DNA of 64,000 nucleotides from Laetmonice hystrix. Taxonomy: Eukaryota. The notes under the pieces are model-generated. The model made no database searches. It was not told the DNA's origin and was given only the letters and a program-made list of their open reading frames with translations. Below, one piece after another: positions 1 to 12,800 of the stretch. The DNA is taken from positions 6,388,001-6,452,000 of the forward strand of contig OZ249436.1 in assembly GCA_965235115.1 (NCBI GenBank), written 5' to 3'. The position numbers and the translations under genes are program-made. How positions within the stretch are numbered: position 1 is the stretch's first letter; every line of letters begins with the position of its first letter.

Positions 1-3000
1 TTGGTGTCTTCCTGAAACACTTCAAGTAAGCTTGATGACCCACCTATACACATAAACGAGGAAGTTTGTTTTCTGAAGAAAAGAAAAGTTGGATTAAGTG
101 TTGATCTAGGCCTGCTGAATGGACTTCGAAATGGGTTTATTATGGAAGCGCTATACCTTCTCAGGTTATAAATATGAAATGGAAGTCGTGACATCTGATC
201 TCTATATTTTATCTGTCTCATTACTTTACAGTACGAGTGACCTGGAGAAGTTCCCGTCAGCTGTCAGACCTGATGTTGGTCGTAAACTGGGAGAGGCCAA
301 CATGAACAGGCAGCCCAAGGCGGAGATTACTCGCCTCAAGAACTTTGCTTTGAAAAATATCGTAAGTGTCATTTTACTAGGAAACTTTAAATGGCAACCT
401 TATGTCTCGAGCTCTGTTTTTGGCATTTGTCAATGAAAAGTCAATCTACAGTTGCAGACATCTTTTTAGAAACATTGAATCCCATTTCCAATTATCCTTT
501 TCCTCATTCAGCTTCGGGACGACACAAGCACCGTCACAGATCGTTCGTCTGCATCTGAACTTGACGATAATGATGTTCGTGACCTTGGAAACCTCTTCCG
601 GGGCCTGGAAAGCAGTGACATTAGCAAACTGAACGAATCGGCCATGGAGAGTAACATGGTGTCAATGAATGGCCAGATCCGGGACAGGCCTTCAATGGAG
701 GCTGTATGGACACGAGTACAGGCCACTGATCCGTAAGTTGTTATAGAATCTCCATCCTGGAGGGTTTGACTTTACTCACAATAGATGCACATTTTCTTTT
801 TATTCTATGGAGGTATGTCCTTAAACATGAACAATAATGACACCTTCACTCCTTGGCACTCGGACGCAACAAAACAACAAAATATAAATGGATAACTAAA
901 ACATGCGCTCACTTTTAAGAGCATGACTTTAATCATTGCTTGCTTCTATCTCTATGTCAGGACGTTCCTGAACAGCGCCGATAATGTAATCACGAGTGCT
1001 GGTCTGGTAGGAGGAATGCCACAGGCCACTATCGACGCCACAGACAAGGTATTATAGCTGTTTTCTTCTACCTGTCAGTACAATACAGATTATGGCAGTA
1101 ATGATGACTTTCATAGTACCAAACTCGTCAACACTGGTCAGTTCTGTAACCATTACCGTCATTCCATTTACAGTCGGTTCTTGGCGAGGCACTCAGTGAC
1201 GCTGCCGAAATGATGCAGCAGCGTAAGGTGAACGATAGAGCACGTGACCAGGCAGGTTTTAGCGGTGAGATATCAGCGGCTGACAAGACAAGCATGGGTG
1301 GGAGTAAATCGAGATTTGTCCTCAGGGCGTTTGAAGGATACCAGGCAGCTCAGACTACCAGCAGTAGGAGAAGGAGAAGGGCAACAAGTGAGTCAATGTT
1401 AATGGGTAACCTACTTCTATCATGATATCGTTTCAAATATAGAAACTAAACCACCGTTAGTTCTACTTTCCTTTAAGAAATCTGGTCATGCAATATGAAG
1501 ACTAGTTTGCTGGGGTGGGATACTTTATCAAAGACGGTAAATCAGCGTTCTGAAATATTCTGACTCTGTTGGCAAATGCATGGACATGATTTCAAGTGAC
1601 CTCTCGTTGGCCCACAGCTGCCATCACTTGTTCGGACATTCAAGTGCTGGGTTCGAACGCTGTCCAACTGACCACCTCCCAGCTGGACACGTTGACCTCG
1701 GCGGAGTACACTGACTGTACCGAGACCCTGGGCGGAATCACAGACTGGAGCTCGGAACAACTCACATCGCTCGCAACAAAGGCTAAATCCGTAAGTTTCT
1801 ATACTATGCCAGACTATGGTTAAGCGTTTAAAAGTCCGTAATAAGTCTGACCTCCTAATGCCCTAGTTTATATAAACGAATTATATTTTAATACTTTTTT
1901 CTGGATGAACTAAAGAATTTGATTTTTTCCAGACATATGGGACACCATCGACGTGGACGTCGACAGAGATCAAGCTGTGTGGATCCGTCGTAGCTGGACT
2001 GTCTGTCTCTGAGATCGGAACCCTCAACTTAAACTCCTCCTCCGTCATGGCAGCCATAGGGGCCACCACGGCTTACAGCTCAGCCCAGGTCCGTACTGAT
2101 TGGCTGACACTTTGTTTGTTAACCATTGCTGGTGCATGTGTACCATTCGTACATTGCTTGTTGTTCAGTAATTAATTCATTTTCTCCTGACTTGATTACA
2201 GTTGAAGACCGGGTTCGCTCGCTACCTGTCTGTGGCCAAGTCTGACACCGCCTCGTCAGTAACAGGGGACGAGCTCATGACTATGGGTAACTTCGCATGT
2301 GGTGCCGAGACCAGCCACATCAGTAGCTTCTCCACGTCCACTTACAGGTAGGTCTGGGGGACGGATCCCAACACGAAATGTCCTATTACAAATGTGAACT
2401 TAGGTCCTGGTCCAACAATCATGTACGACTGAATGACTGTACAGATAAGGTTCTAAGCCTGTACTATAAGACTGAAAAAGACGGAGATCTACAATTAAAA
2501 GCAGAAGGATATAGAAGAGATATATAAAATGGAGAAGTGGCAAATCTAATTTGGCCTACATTATTTCCATTTATCACAGCACTGCCGCAAGTAGTATCGG
2601 TGCCTTGACTACATGTGACAGTGGCCAGTTGTCGGGCTACGCCACGAAGGCCAAGGCCGTCTACGGGGCCACCTCCACCTGGGATTCCACTACCATCACC
2701 ACAGTTGGAAGCGTCATTGGTACGTATAACAAGTCTGTCAAAGAAATATAAGATACTTATGAGACTCGTTCAAAGGCCTCCATGTAGATCTAATCCTGTT
2801 AGAATCAACAACTCCCCCGACGATCTTACATTTTTATGGTGTGTTTTTCAGGAGGTCTCACCTCTTCTGAGTTGGCTGCCCTAACGTCTGCCCAGTTGGC
2901 GTCCGTATCAGCTACTTCCATCGCTCAAATCCCGCCAGCAACCTTCGCCGTAAGTTGACACATACCATTGTAATACCATTATACCCTTATTGGTATGGTT

Positions 3001-3600
3001 ATACGATGTCGATGTTGATAGTTATGTACACAAATGGTCACCGACCATTAAATGGTCACCGATGAGGATTGAACCATCCCTAACCGGCTATACTCCTCCC
3101 TCCAGGGTCTGACGTCATCCCAGCTGGCTGGACTTTCAACGGCTCAGGCTAACTCTGTGACAGGCAACCAGCAGGCAGCCCTCAGTACGGTCCAGCTCAA
3201 CAGTCTCTTCTCGGCAGGAGCCAGTCAGAAACCAGCCACGACAGGTTCGAACAGCGGGACGGGTGAGCATTCATTATTACTTTACTCGATATATTTTAGT
3301 TTATACAGTTGTAAGTGGCAGTATAGTCATGGTATGTTATAGGTAAAGAAATATTCTGATATCAAGCCAAGTATTGGTAAACAACAATACTCAGGAAGCC
3401 ATATTGCCAGAGAGTGTCTCACAACACAGTACTTTTTCATAAGGCCTCACGAGGCAGTAGGCCTACTGCAATGTTGAACTGAACGCGTGCCTGTAGGTCA
3501 GTGTGTCAGATGTTCTCATGATTGCTTTGTTATTCTTCCAGCCACTGTACGATTCTCCATCTTCATGGTTCTACCCATCATCCTCCACAAGCTGCTGTAA
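1..3600 (+). CDS. Otoancorin/stereocilin/mesothelin-family GPI-anchored protein, 3' part (5' end lies outside the window)
   Basis: Phase-consistent GT-AG exons: <1-25, 232-361, 512-732, 961-1048, 1174-1387, 1618-1790, 1933-2088, 2202-2347, 2580-2719, 2852-2949, 3106-3262, 3542-3600 (TAA). Translation (ITCSDIQVLG...TLGGITDWSSEQLTSLATKAKSTYGTPSTW...MGNFACG...IGALTTC...KAKAVYGATSTWDSTTITTVGSVIGGLTSSELAAL) follows the otoancorin C-terminal pattern as I recall it and ends in a hydrophobic GPI-type tail (FSIFMVLPIILHKLL*). Confidence 0.85.
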
Positions 3601-4131
3601 ACCATGCCAGAGATGATCATTTCCGTTACGATGCGGATTCTAGCTATTATAATGGTTCCTTGCTCCACTCGGCGCGAGCAGTTTGACCAGTTATCATCCT
3701 GACAGCCTGCCCCGTATACCTGGAGATATCAACGATCATTGTACAACATCATTTAACATATACAATCATTGTATTAAACACTGCTGTATATTATCCAGGA
3801 TCACTGTACGAACTGTTGTAAGATTTCTAAATCAATGGAAGGTTCCCACAGTCTTTGTGCCAATTACTGTAAGGATTCAAAAGTCAGTGCAAAACTTTGT
3901 TAGAGCTCCACAGTAACTGCCCATGTGGCTGAAAATATTACCTATATGCTACAACATGCTTTAAGATCTTCGCAACCAATCTTTGCGTTGGTCAGAAACC
4001 ATGGTCTCAGGCCAGAAGCGTGCAGTCAACTATGTTTTCTTGTTAATAGTCATATTCGCTCATGTCCATCAACTTGTACAGTTTCACCTTGATCTCAGTT
4101 GTGGCATTTATGTCTTTTAATTTTATATGAA

Positions 4132-4137
4132 AATAAA
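4132..4137 (+). terminator. Polyadenylation signal of the otoancorin-like gene
   Basis: AATAAA about 530 nt after the stop codon, in AT-rich context. Confidence 0.55.
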
Positions 4138-4326
4138 TATATTTTAAAATGAGAAACGGTGTAATATGTTACTGCTGTGAATGTCCCAACCTATAGTTTA
4201 TTAATGCATGCCTACATGCATGGGGATACTATAACATCGCCGTCTCTCTTCAAACCCTTTCATAAACTTTTAGTGCATGGCATGGCATTTCCTGGCGCGG
4301 GGCAATTCAGTGTTAGAGCCCCTTAA

Positions 4327-4880
4327 AGGGAAATGTGAGTGTTCAAAGCGCCACCTAGTGAGTCGCGTTGGTACCACTGGGGAAATGTGAGTATTCAAAG
4401 CGCCGCGTAGTGAGCTTTAACAGAAAAATGTTTGGCATATTTATGCAGTCAACTATAGTTTGATGTGGAAATCAGTAGTATTTTTTAAACCATGAACCAA
4501 ACTGTGTGCCAGAACTTGTCTGCTCCATTGAATGCTAGAGTTGGCAGGCTGTAACTTTTTTTTTTTGATACGGCGACCCCCAATTTTTTTTGTTTTAAAC
4601 TATTAGTCCTGTTCCACTTTATCTTGTCACCGAGTTTTAGGAAAAAATTGGTGGTCATTTTTTAACTATTAGTCAAAATGTCTGAAAAATCCTGTTTTTC
4701 CCATTAAAACCTATAGCAAAGACGCATTTTTTACGGAGGCCTGTATAAAAAAATCTCATTCGGTAACATATGATTTTTTTGGGGGTTCTTTGTACTCCTA
4801 AGAACAAAGGCTATCCCCCATAAAAGTATTTTGAAAATTTTAGTGGTCAATCAAATTCCGTCGAACACTCACATTTCCCT
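4327..4880. mobile_element. Kolobok-like non-autonomous DNA transposon (MITE)
   Basis: TIR AGGGAAATGTGAGTGTTC / GAACACTCACATTTCCCT flanked by TTAA on both sides (4323-4326, 4881-4884). A TTAA TSD with 5'-AG ends fits Kolobok rather than piggyBac (CCC). Confidence 0.75.
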
Positions 4881-5702
4881 TTAAAGAAAGAGTATATGCT
4901 TTGGCAGGTGGGATTTGACAGATTTACGTCAATCAGGCATAGTGGAACTAACCTGCGGCACCACGTTAACTACTCCGGTACGGCATTGCAATTTTTGACA
5001 TGTAGTTTTAAAAAGACATTATTTTTAGACGTTTTGACCTATTTATCTGAAATTTGTTCCACATGCAGGCCCCAAATAACCACTTGATATCATATGGAAA
5101 ATAATATAATGATATTGGGATAAAAAGAAATGATGAAGTTATGGTCAAGAAAAAAGGCTTCCAATTTTTTTTTTTTTGGGGGGGGGGGGCGATAGGCTAT
5201 ATTACAGATACGATCCAGCATTTCTTGTTTCATTGTGTAAAAACAAAGGAATTTTGGGAGCACTTATTGCATTGGCTTATGACCATCACCGATGTTCATA
5301 TAAATTTTAGTTAAGGGCAAATGTTATTTGGTATCCTGCAAGAAGGGTCCAATAACGACCCCCTTTTAAAAAAGTTAAATTATGTTATACTAAATGCCAA
5401 ATTCTTTATATATTTATAAACAGAAAATGAATAACTGTGAAACGTTATATCTATGCAAGTTTAAAAACTTTTAAAAAACTAAATTAACAATACAGAAAGG
5501 TCTATTCTTCAAAGAGATGGCAGATTAAAGTGTTTCGTCAAATTCGATCACCTGCTGTAGATCTATGTTAATATATAATCTGTCACTATCATCCCTGGGC
5601 ACACAAACCGTAATAACCTTGTGATATTGTAAAATAATAATACTTACTATGTTGACAATAAACGTGATATAAAATTTAAAAAAAGCATGCAGAAACATTA
5701 TC

Positions 5703-6118
5703 CTACGGTGGCCCACAAGGGACATTTAATTTTATTTTAGTACTTATTGTATTTTTATCACTTTCCACCGTGGAGAAAATATTTTCTACGGGGAAATAAA
5801 CTTTCCGCCGCGGAAAAAATTCTATTCTCCGAGGGGAAAATGTTTCTCCGCTGAATTATAGGCCTACTTTTCTCCGCGGAATTATACTTTTCTCCGCGGA
5901 AATAAACTTTCCACCGCTAAAGGAAATACTTTTTTCCGCGGAATAAGAAGGACATAACTTTCCGCCGCGGAAAAAATTCTATTCTCCGAGGGGAAAATGT
6001 TTCTCCGCTGAATTATAGGCCTACTTTTCTCCGCGGAATTATACTTTTCTCCGCGGAAATAAACTTTCCACCGCTAAAGGAAATACTTTTTTCCGCGGAA
6101 TAAGAAGGACATAACTTT
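5703..6118. repeat. MITE-derived segment with CCGCGG-rich subrepeats and an internal ~157-bp tandem duplication
   Basis: Starts CTACGGTGGCCCAC (same end as the element at ~30110); 5798-5955 is repeated at 5956-6118. Confidence 0.55.
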
Positions 6119-6888
6119 GATGATCAAATGTCATTTTGGTTAAAAACAATTTTAATGGAAAAATGGAAGTTTATTCGTTATAATTTGATGATTTCACTGT
6201 CACGGAGCGGACATTTCTTTAGATTTAGCATACCCCCTGCCCCCAGAGAAGAGAGTAGACTTAGGGCCCTATAGGCCTAAGATGATATGTTTGTTGGGGA
6301 ACCTATAATTACGATGTTGAGATCACCAACCAGCCCTGGGCGGATTCAGGATTTTGGAAAGGGGGGGGGGGGCGGTTGGAATTAAAGGGGGCCGAGCCCT
6401 GGTAGGGGATCTGGGGGCATGCCCCCGGACAATTTTGAACATCTAGAGTCTCTGAAATGGCATTTCCTGAAATTTCCTGGCATTCTGAGAAAGTAAAATG
6501 TTTGCCTTTAGATCTACAGTTGCAAACAACAAAATGTTGCCTTTTTTCTGATTAGTAGGCCTACCCGACGAAAGAGGGGGCCGCAGCCCCCTCGGCCCCC
6601 CTAAATCCGCTCCAACTGGTGCGATTGATCACTGATCGCCACCCCTAGTTGCATGATTATCTACGATTGATCTTCCCCAATCAAGGTGGGTTTATTGGGC
6701 CTAAGCCTAATGCTCTAACAAGTAGACAACGTGGTCTAAGGCTGGTGGCGCCATCTGTCCGTATAGGATCCCCCGTTCTAAACACAAGGTGGCGCTGCAG
6801 TCAGTCTCGTTGTGATCCTCATCAGACAGCCACGTCATTTTCTCCGTAGATCCACATCCTGTTTGGTGGAAACAGAACGGGATCAGAA

Positions 6889-9800
6889 ATGGCGTTAACG
6901 ATGAGGGTGATATGCGGCGTGATTTTAATCTCAATATTACACTATGCTGTAGTGTATTGTGCACCAACTTTACCGGAGAAGCCTAAGACCGAAGGTAAAG
7001 TTTTGTGGTTGATCGCTAACGTTATTTTAGTACACCTCTCTGCTCTAACGTTAGGCCTAGGCCTAGGCTACTCGAACGCGTTATGAAAGATCTAGGATGG
7101 AACTGGAGTGGAAGTGCTTAGACTACTGACTACTGTTAGACGTCTAGTACTAGTACATTAACAATATAACGTTAGTAGGCCTACTGTAGTACTAGTAGGG
7201 CTACTGTCTGATGCAGACTGTAGCGTGTTCTGTTAATGTTATAATAACCATAATGTTCAGTGTTTAACAGTGTTACTGTTAGACTACTGACACTGTGACA
7301 GTGTTACTGTTACCGTACTGTGTTACTGTTAGCCTACTGAGTACTGTTGGACATGACACTACTTGCTAAGACACGACAGTTGAGTTGCTATTTTCCCGGA
7401 TTCCCAGTTAAAGTCTGACACGTGCACACTTCTACACCATTGTTGTTGGGCCCCGATTCATTTTGTTAATCGTATGACTCTCGCCGACTCGAAACTCGTC
7501 GTAATGCCCAGTGCACACTACGGTACACAATTTTCAGTCGGGATTGGCTATCTGAACAATTGCCGATAACTTGAGACTGACACTAGTGACAGTCGTGTAG
7601 TGTGCACCGGGCATAAGACTCCCGGTTGCCGACTTAAAACTCATCGTAACTTGTCTAAGTACCGTATCTAGTCGCCGAAAACTTTTAGGCCCTACCCTAA
7701 CTTCAGGCATACTTTCACGCACTTCCGTGAACGCACTTTGGCAACTTTGTCTTTGTGCACCTTGCAGCTGTTGCTGGGTGGATATCTTCTCTTGAATCAT
7801 TCTGACACTGCCTGACCCTTGACCTAAGAACAAGGTCAATCGGATGCATTAAAATAAAACTGCTATTCTTGTGCAGCAAAATAAGGCTGAGAGGCATAGG
7901 TGTGTGAAGTTAGGGCCTACAGTACAGTTAATATGTTTGGTTTGAACCTTGCATGCAGAAAAAAAAATTGTTTTACGAGTGCTCCCGCCGGCCAAAAGAA
8001 CGTTAACAACAGACAAGCGCGATTTCTTCTTGCAGACCACTTGAAAGTTTCAGTCTGAGTATTTTATGAGCATCAAAAATATAGATAAATTATAAGTATT
8101 ACCCCGGTACTTGACCTTTGACCGGGTAGCTGAGATGTTGGAAGAAGCCAATAACTTCTTTCTCCAATCAAAACTGAGTCATCCAGTATCATACCTGTCA
8201 TGTAAGGGGCTATGGTGATATTTGCTATGTGTGAGCTCAGGGCTGGTATGATTTAAATCAGTTGATTTAAATCATGATTTAAATCATGATTTAAATCACA
8301 GTAAAAAATTCAAAAAAATCATCAAAAATGATTTTTTTAAACAAAATCGAATGAAAAAGCAATATTTAAGACTGCAAGGGATGTCAAACATAGTATTATT
8401 AGACATACAGTACTAACTAGACCATTCTGACCAGATGTTTCCTGCCTGGATGCTCCTTATTAGTGATGGCAGAGAATAGGAGCCTCAGAGTTATCAGATT
8501 TTACCTCTTATCAGCTGGTAGAAATTTTTGCTGAGAGCAAGTAACAAACTCAACATAGCATACCCGGTAATAGAATTATTTTTAGGCCAATGTATTGTTT
8601 ATATTTAAAATATTGATAAATTCTCACTTTCAGAAACTAATAAATGTTTGTAGAATGGATATCTCATCAAGGCTTGATTTAAATCAAAAAAGTCGATTTA
8701 AATCAAAAAAATCAAAAATCATGATTTTTTACAAAAAAGTCGACTTTTTTACCAGCCCTGTGTGAGCTGGAAATGAGGCTCTGTTGGCCCCTGCTTGAAA
8801 TCCCTATATGGTTGCCTGTCATTTTGGATGATGCTATAGTAGGGACACCTGTGGTTGTGCTGTGTCCACTTGGAGCTGGGGACCAGAGAAAGTTCCGCGT
8901 TCGTCCAATCAGCTCCCTGTGCTATGACAGAAACATCATGGCCGCCTTCCTCTGAACTAGATAAACCATTGTCTCCAGACCCTTTTTCCGAGCGGCGAGC
9001 GACCTCTAGCGAGAAAAAAAGTCTGGTGATCAAGACTAGGTGCCATAATAATGCCAACAGCTTTGATGAAACACAGGGTTTGAATCAGTTCTCTTCTGTG
9101 TTCCACACTTGATGAGTGAAATAATGCTTATTTTTCGGCATGTGAACATAATATACACCACTTCCCTTGAATTTGTAACACATAGAAATCTCCAAAATGT
9201 GTTTTGTAATTTATCAACAGGATTACAAGACCCATCAGGACTAAAACATCAGGTAGAACCACAAACCCCAGGAGGACCTCAAAATCCAATGACACCACAA
9301 AACCACGCAGATCTGCCATCTCAAGCAGGCTCACAACCCCAACTAGGACCCCAAGGTCAAGTAAAACTGCCAAATCCAGCAGTACCACAAACCCCAGGAG
9401 GACCTCAAAATCCAATGAGATCACAAAACCACGCAGATCTGCCATCTCAAGCAGGCTCACAACCCCAACTAGGACCCCAAGGTCAAGTAAAACTGCCAAA
9501 TGCAGCAGTACCACAAACCCCAGGAGGACCTCAAAATCCAATGAGATCACAAAACCAAGGAGATCTCCCATCTCCAGCAGGCTCACAACCCCAACTAGGA
9601 CCCCAAGGTCAAGGAAAACTGCCAAATCCAGCAGTACCACAAACCCCAGGAGGACCGCAAAATCTAATGACACCACAAAACCATGCAGATCTGCCATCTC
9701 AAGCAGGCTCACAACCCCAACTAGGACCCCAAGGTCAAGGAAAACTGCCAAATGCAGCAGTACCACAAACCCCAGGAGGACCTCAAAATCCAATAACACC

Positions 9801-12800
9801 GCAAAACCAAGGAGATCTGCCATCTCAAGCAGGCTCACAACCCCAACTAGGACCCCAAGGTCAAGTAAAACTGCCAAATCGAGCAGTACCACAAACCCCA
9901 GGAGGACCTCAAAATCCAATGAGACCACAAAACCAAGCAGGTCTGCCATCTCAAGCAGACTCACAAACCCAACTAGGACCCCAAGGTCAAGGAAAACTGC
10001 CAAATCCAGCAGTACCACAAACCCCAGGAGGACCTCAAAATCCAATGACACCACAAAACCACGCAGATCTGCCATCTCAAGCAGGCTCACAACCCCAACT
10101 AGGACCCCAAGGTCAAGGAAAACTGCCAAATCCAGCAGTACCACAAACCCCAGGAGGACCTCAAAATCCAATGAGATCACAAAACCAAGCAGATCTGCCA
10201 TCTTCAGCAGGCTCACAACCCCAACTAGGACCCCAAGGTCAAGTAAAACTGCCAAATCCAGCAGTACCACAAACCCCAGGGGGACCTCAAAATCCAATGA
10301 GATCACAAAACCAAGGAGATCTCCCATCTCCAGCAGGCTCACAACCCCAACTAGGACCCCAAGGTCAACTGCCAAATCCACAAAACAAAGATAAACCGCA
10401 AAATTCAGCAGAACCACAAAACCGAGAGGGACCGCCAAATCCAATAAGACAACAAAACCAAGCAGATCTGCAAAAAAAACAAGTAGGACAGGAGAGCCCT
10501 CCCAAATATCCAGACCAGAATGGCAATCAGAACCAAGTACAAATACCAAATTCACAAGGACAAGGCAATTCTCAAGATCTACCAAGACTGCCAAATCTAG
10601 CAAATCTACCCACATCTTATGAACAGTCTAATTTGGAAAGGAATCCAGGTAAGTGATGGTGATCTTTTTATAAATTTACTATGTATACCAGGTAATTCTT
10701 TATTATATTTTTGATACACAGCCGAAGTTTTTCTCAAGTTCTATTGGCACTAGATCATCATCAAATTCAAAATGTCTGTTATTTATTCTATTCTGTAGTG
10801 TAGGCCTCGTAATGTTATTAGTATCAATTACAAAGATTCAAAATTCTATAAAGTTATGTGAATGTTGTCAGAATGAACAGGGTTGGAGTGCATTTTTCAA
10901 GACTCAAAAAACGTCTACTTTTTTTATTTTAGTGAATTCAATCGCATCATGGCAATGGTGGATGGGTTAGGTTTAAACCATATCAGATCTCTAGGTGATC
11001 AGTAAATATGAGTACACCATACCTATCATTGTAAGCATTTGAATTTTGAATCGTTTTATTTCCAGGTCAAGAGGGAAGCCAAGGTCAGAGGGTTCCTAAT
11101 TATGGTAAGTAATACTGGGTAATTAACATAACGTCTTCAATGGTTGATAACCTACAGGTAAAATTACAGGTTCACACACAGAATACTTCATGGGGAAGTG
11201 ACTGCGAGTTGATGACCTGTAAAATTACAGGGTCACACACAGAATACTTCATGGAGAAGTGACTGCGAGTTGATGACCTGTAAAATTACAGGTTCACACA
11301 CAGAATACTTCATGGGGAAGTGACTGCGAGTTGATGACCTGTAAAATTACAGGTTCACACACAGAATACTTCATGGGGAAGTGACTGCGAGTTGATGACC
11401 TGTAAAATTACAGGTTCACACACAGAATACTTCATGGGGAAGTGACTGCGAGTTGATGACCTGTAAAATTACAGGTTCACACACAGAATACTTCATGGGG
11501 AAGTGACTGCGAGTTGATGACCTGTAAAATTACAGGTTCACACACAGAATGCTTCATGGAGAAGTGACTGCGAGTTGATGACCTGTAAAATTACAGGTTC
11601 ACACACAGAATGCTTCATGGGGAAGTGACTGCGAGTTGATGACCTGTAAAATTACAGGTTCACACACAGAATACTTCATGGGGAAGTAAGTGACTGCTAG
11701 TGCCCTATCTGAAAGATGCTGTGACAAAAAAAAATCTGTCATGGCCATCTAACTTGTGAATCTGGGTCCCGTTTCTCATCTCCTTGTCGTGCGTTAACTG
11801 CTTGCTTGTCGTAAACTTAGAAATTAACGACAAGGTCTACGATACCCGTTTCTCATCCCTTGTCGTGCATTAGCTTGTCGTGCGCCTGCATATCACTGTT
11901 GCTAACGTCACAAATCTCTCAGCGGAGATCATTGTTCAATACAACGTCGTGACACAGTGAGCGTAAACCGGATGGAGCTGTTGTTTACGTTTACTGATTA
12001 TACGCAAATGCTGAATTTTTTGACAGTATAAATACTTACACTCCTAATCACGTCTGAAACAAATCATGTGATGACCTAAAAGTGTTTTTGCTTCGTTTTG
12101 TGTCTTTGCCGCCGACGATTGCGAAGCCCTCTAACATTAGAATGCAGCATCTATGCTCGACCCTAGTCGACTGTCAGTGAGATGCTTGGTCGGAATCAGC
12201 CACCCTACTTGGTATTTGGTTCTTTTTGGAGATTTTTGCCCATGCAATTCTTAAAAGAGGCCATATGGAGCCGAAAACATCAGTATTTACATGCCAGAGA
12301 AGTGGATTGACAAATTTTTGAGTCGTTGCGACAGCTTAACTACAGGGTCAGAGATGTCTTTATTTTGGCCTTGGTGGATGACACCATCATACAGGTTTTA
12401 ACACACGACAGGGGGTGAGAAACGCAATTTGTCTTTACTTGACAGTCTACGACAAACTTAACGCACGACAAGGGATGAGAAACGCACCCCTGTTGGCATC
12501 ACTTATAATATAAGCATTTCAGTGTCGAAACAATGTGCTTAGGACATGAGAAGGGCTCAGGTTAGACTTGGAGGAAACCTACAGTTGCTCTACAAAATAT
12601 GATGGTTATCTTTAAGACCAACTGAGCAAACACAATGTGATTTCTCGCAACTGTTGCACGATGGTTGCAGAACAGTCTGTCACAATAAGAATGAGTGGCC
12701 TGCAACAGCCTGCGACTGTTGCAGACATACAGTGCCAGAACTTCTGTGACTGTCGCAAGACTCCATTGTGTTGTGTGTAGATGAGCTGGGCTGAAATACT

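Noticed and set aside
9128..10615. 495-aa hydrophobic ORF on the minus strand
   Set aside because: It is the antisense shadow of the coding repeat exon; the plus frame is the one joined by splice sites.
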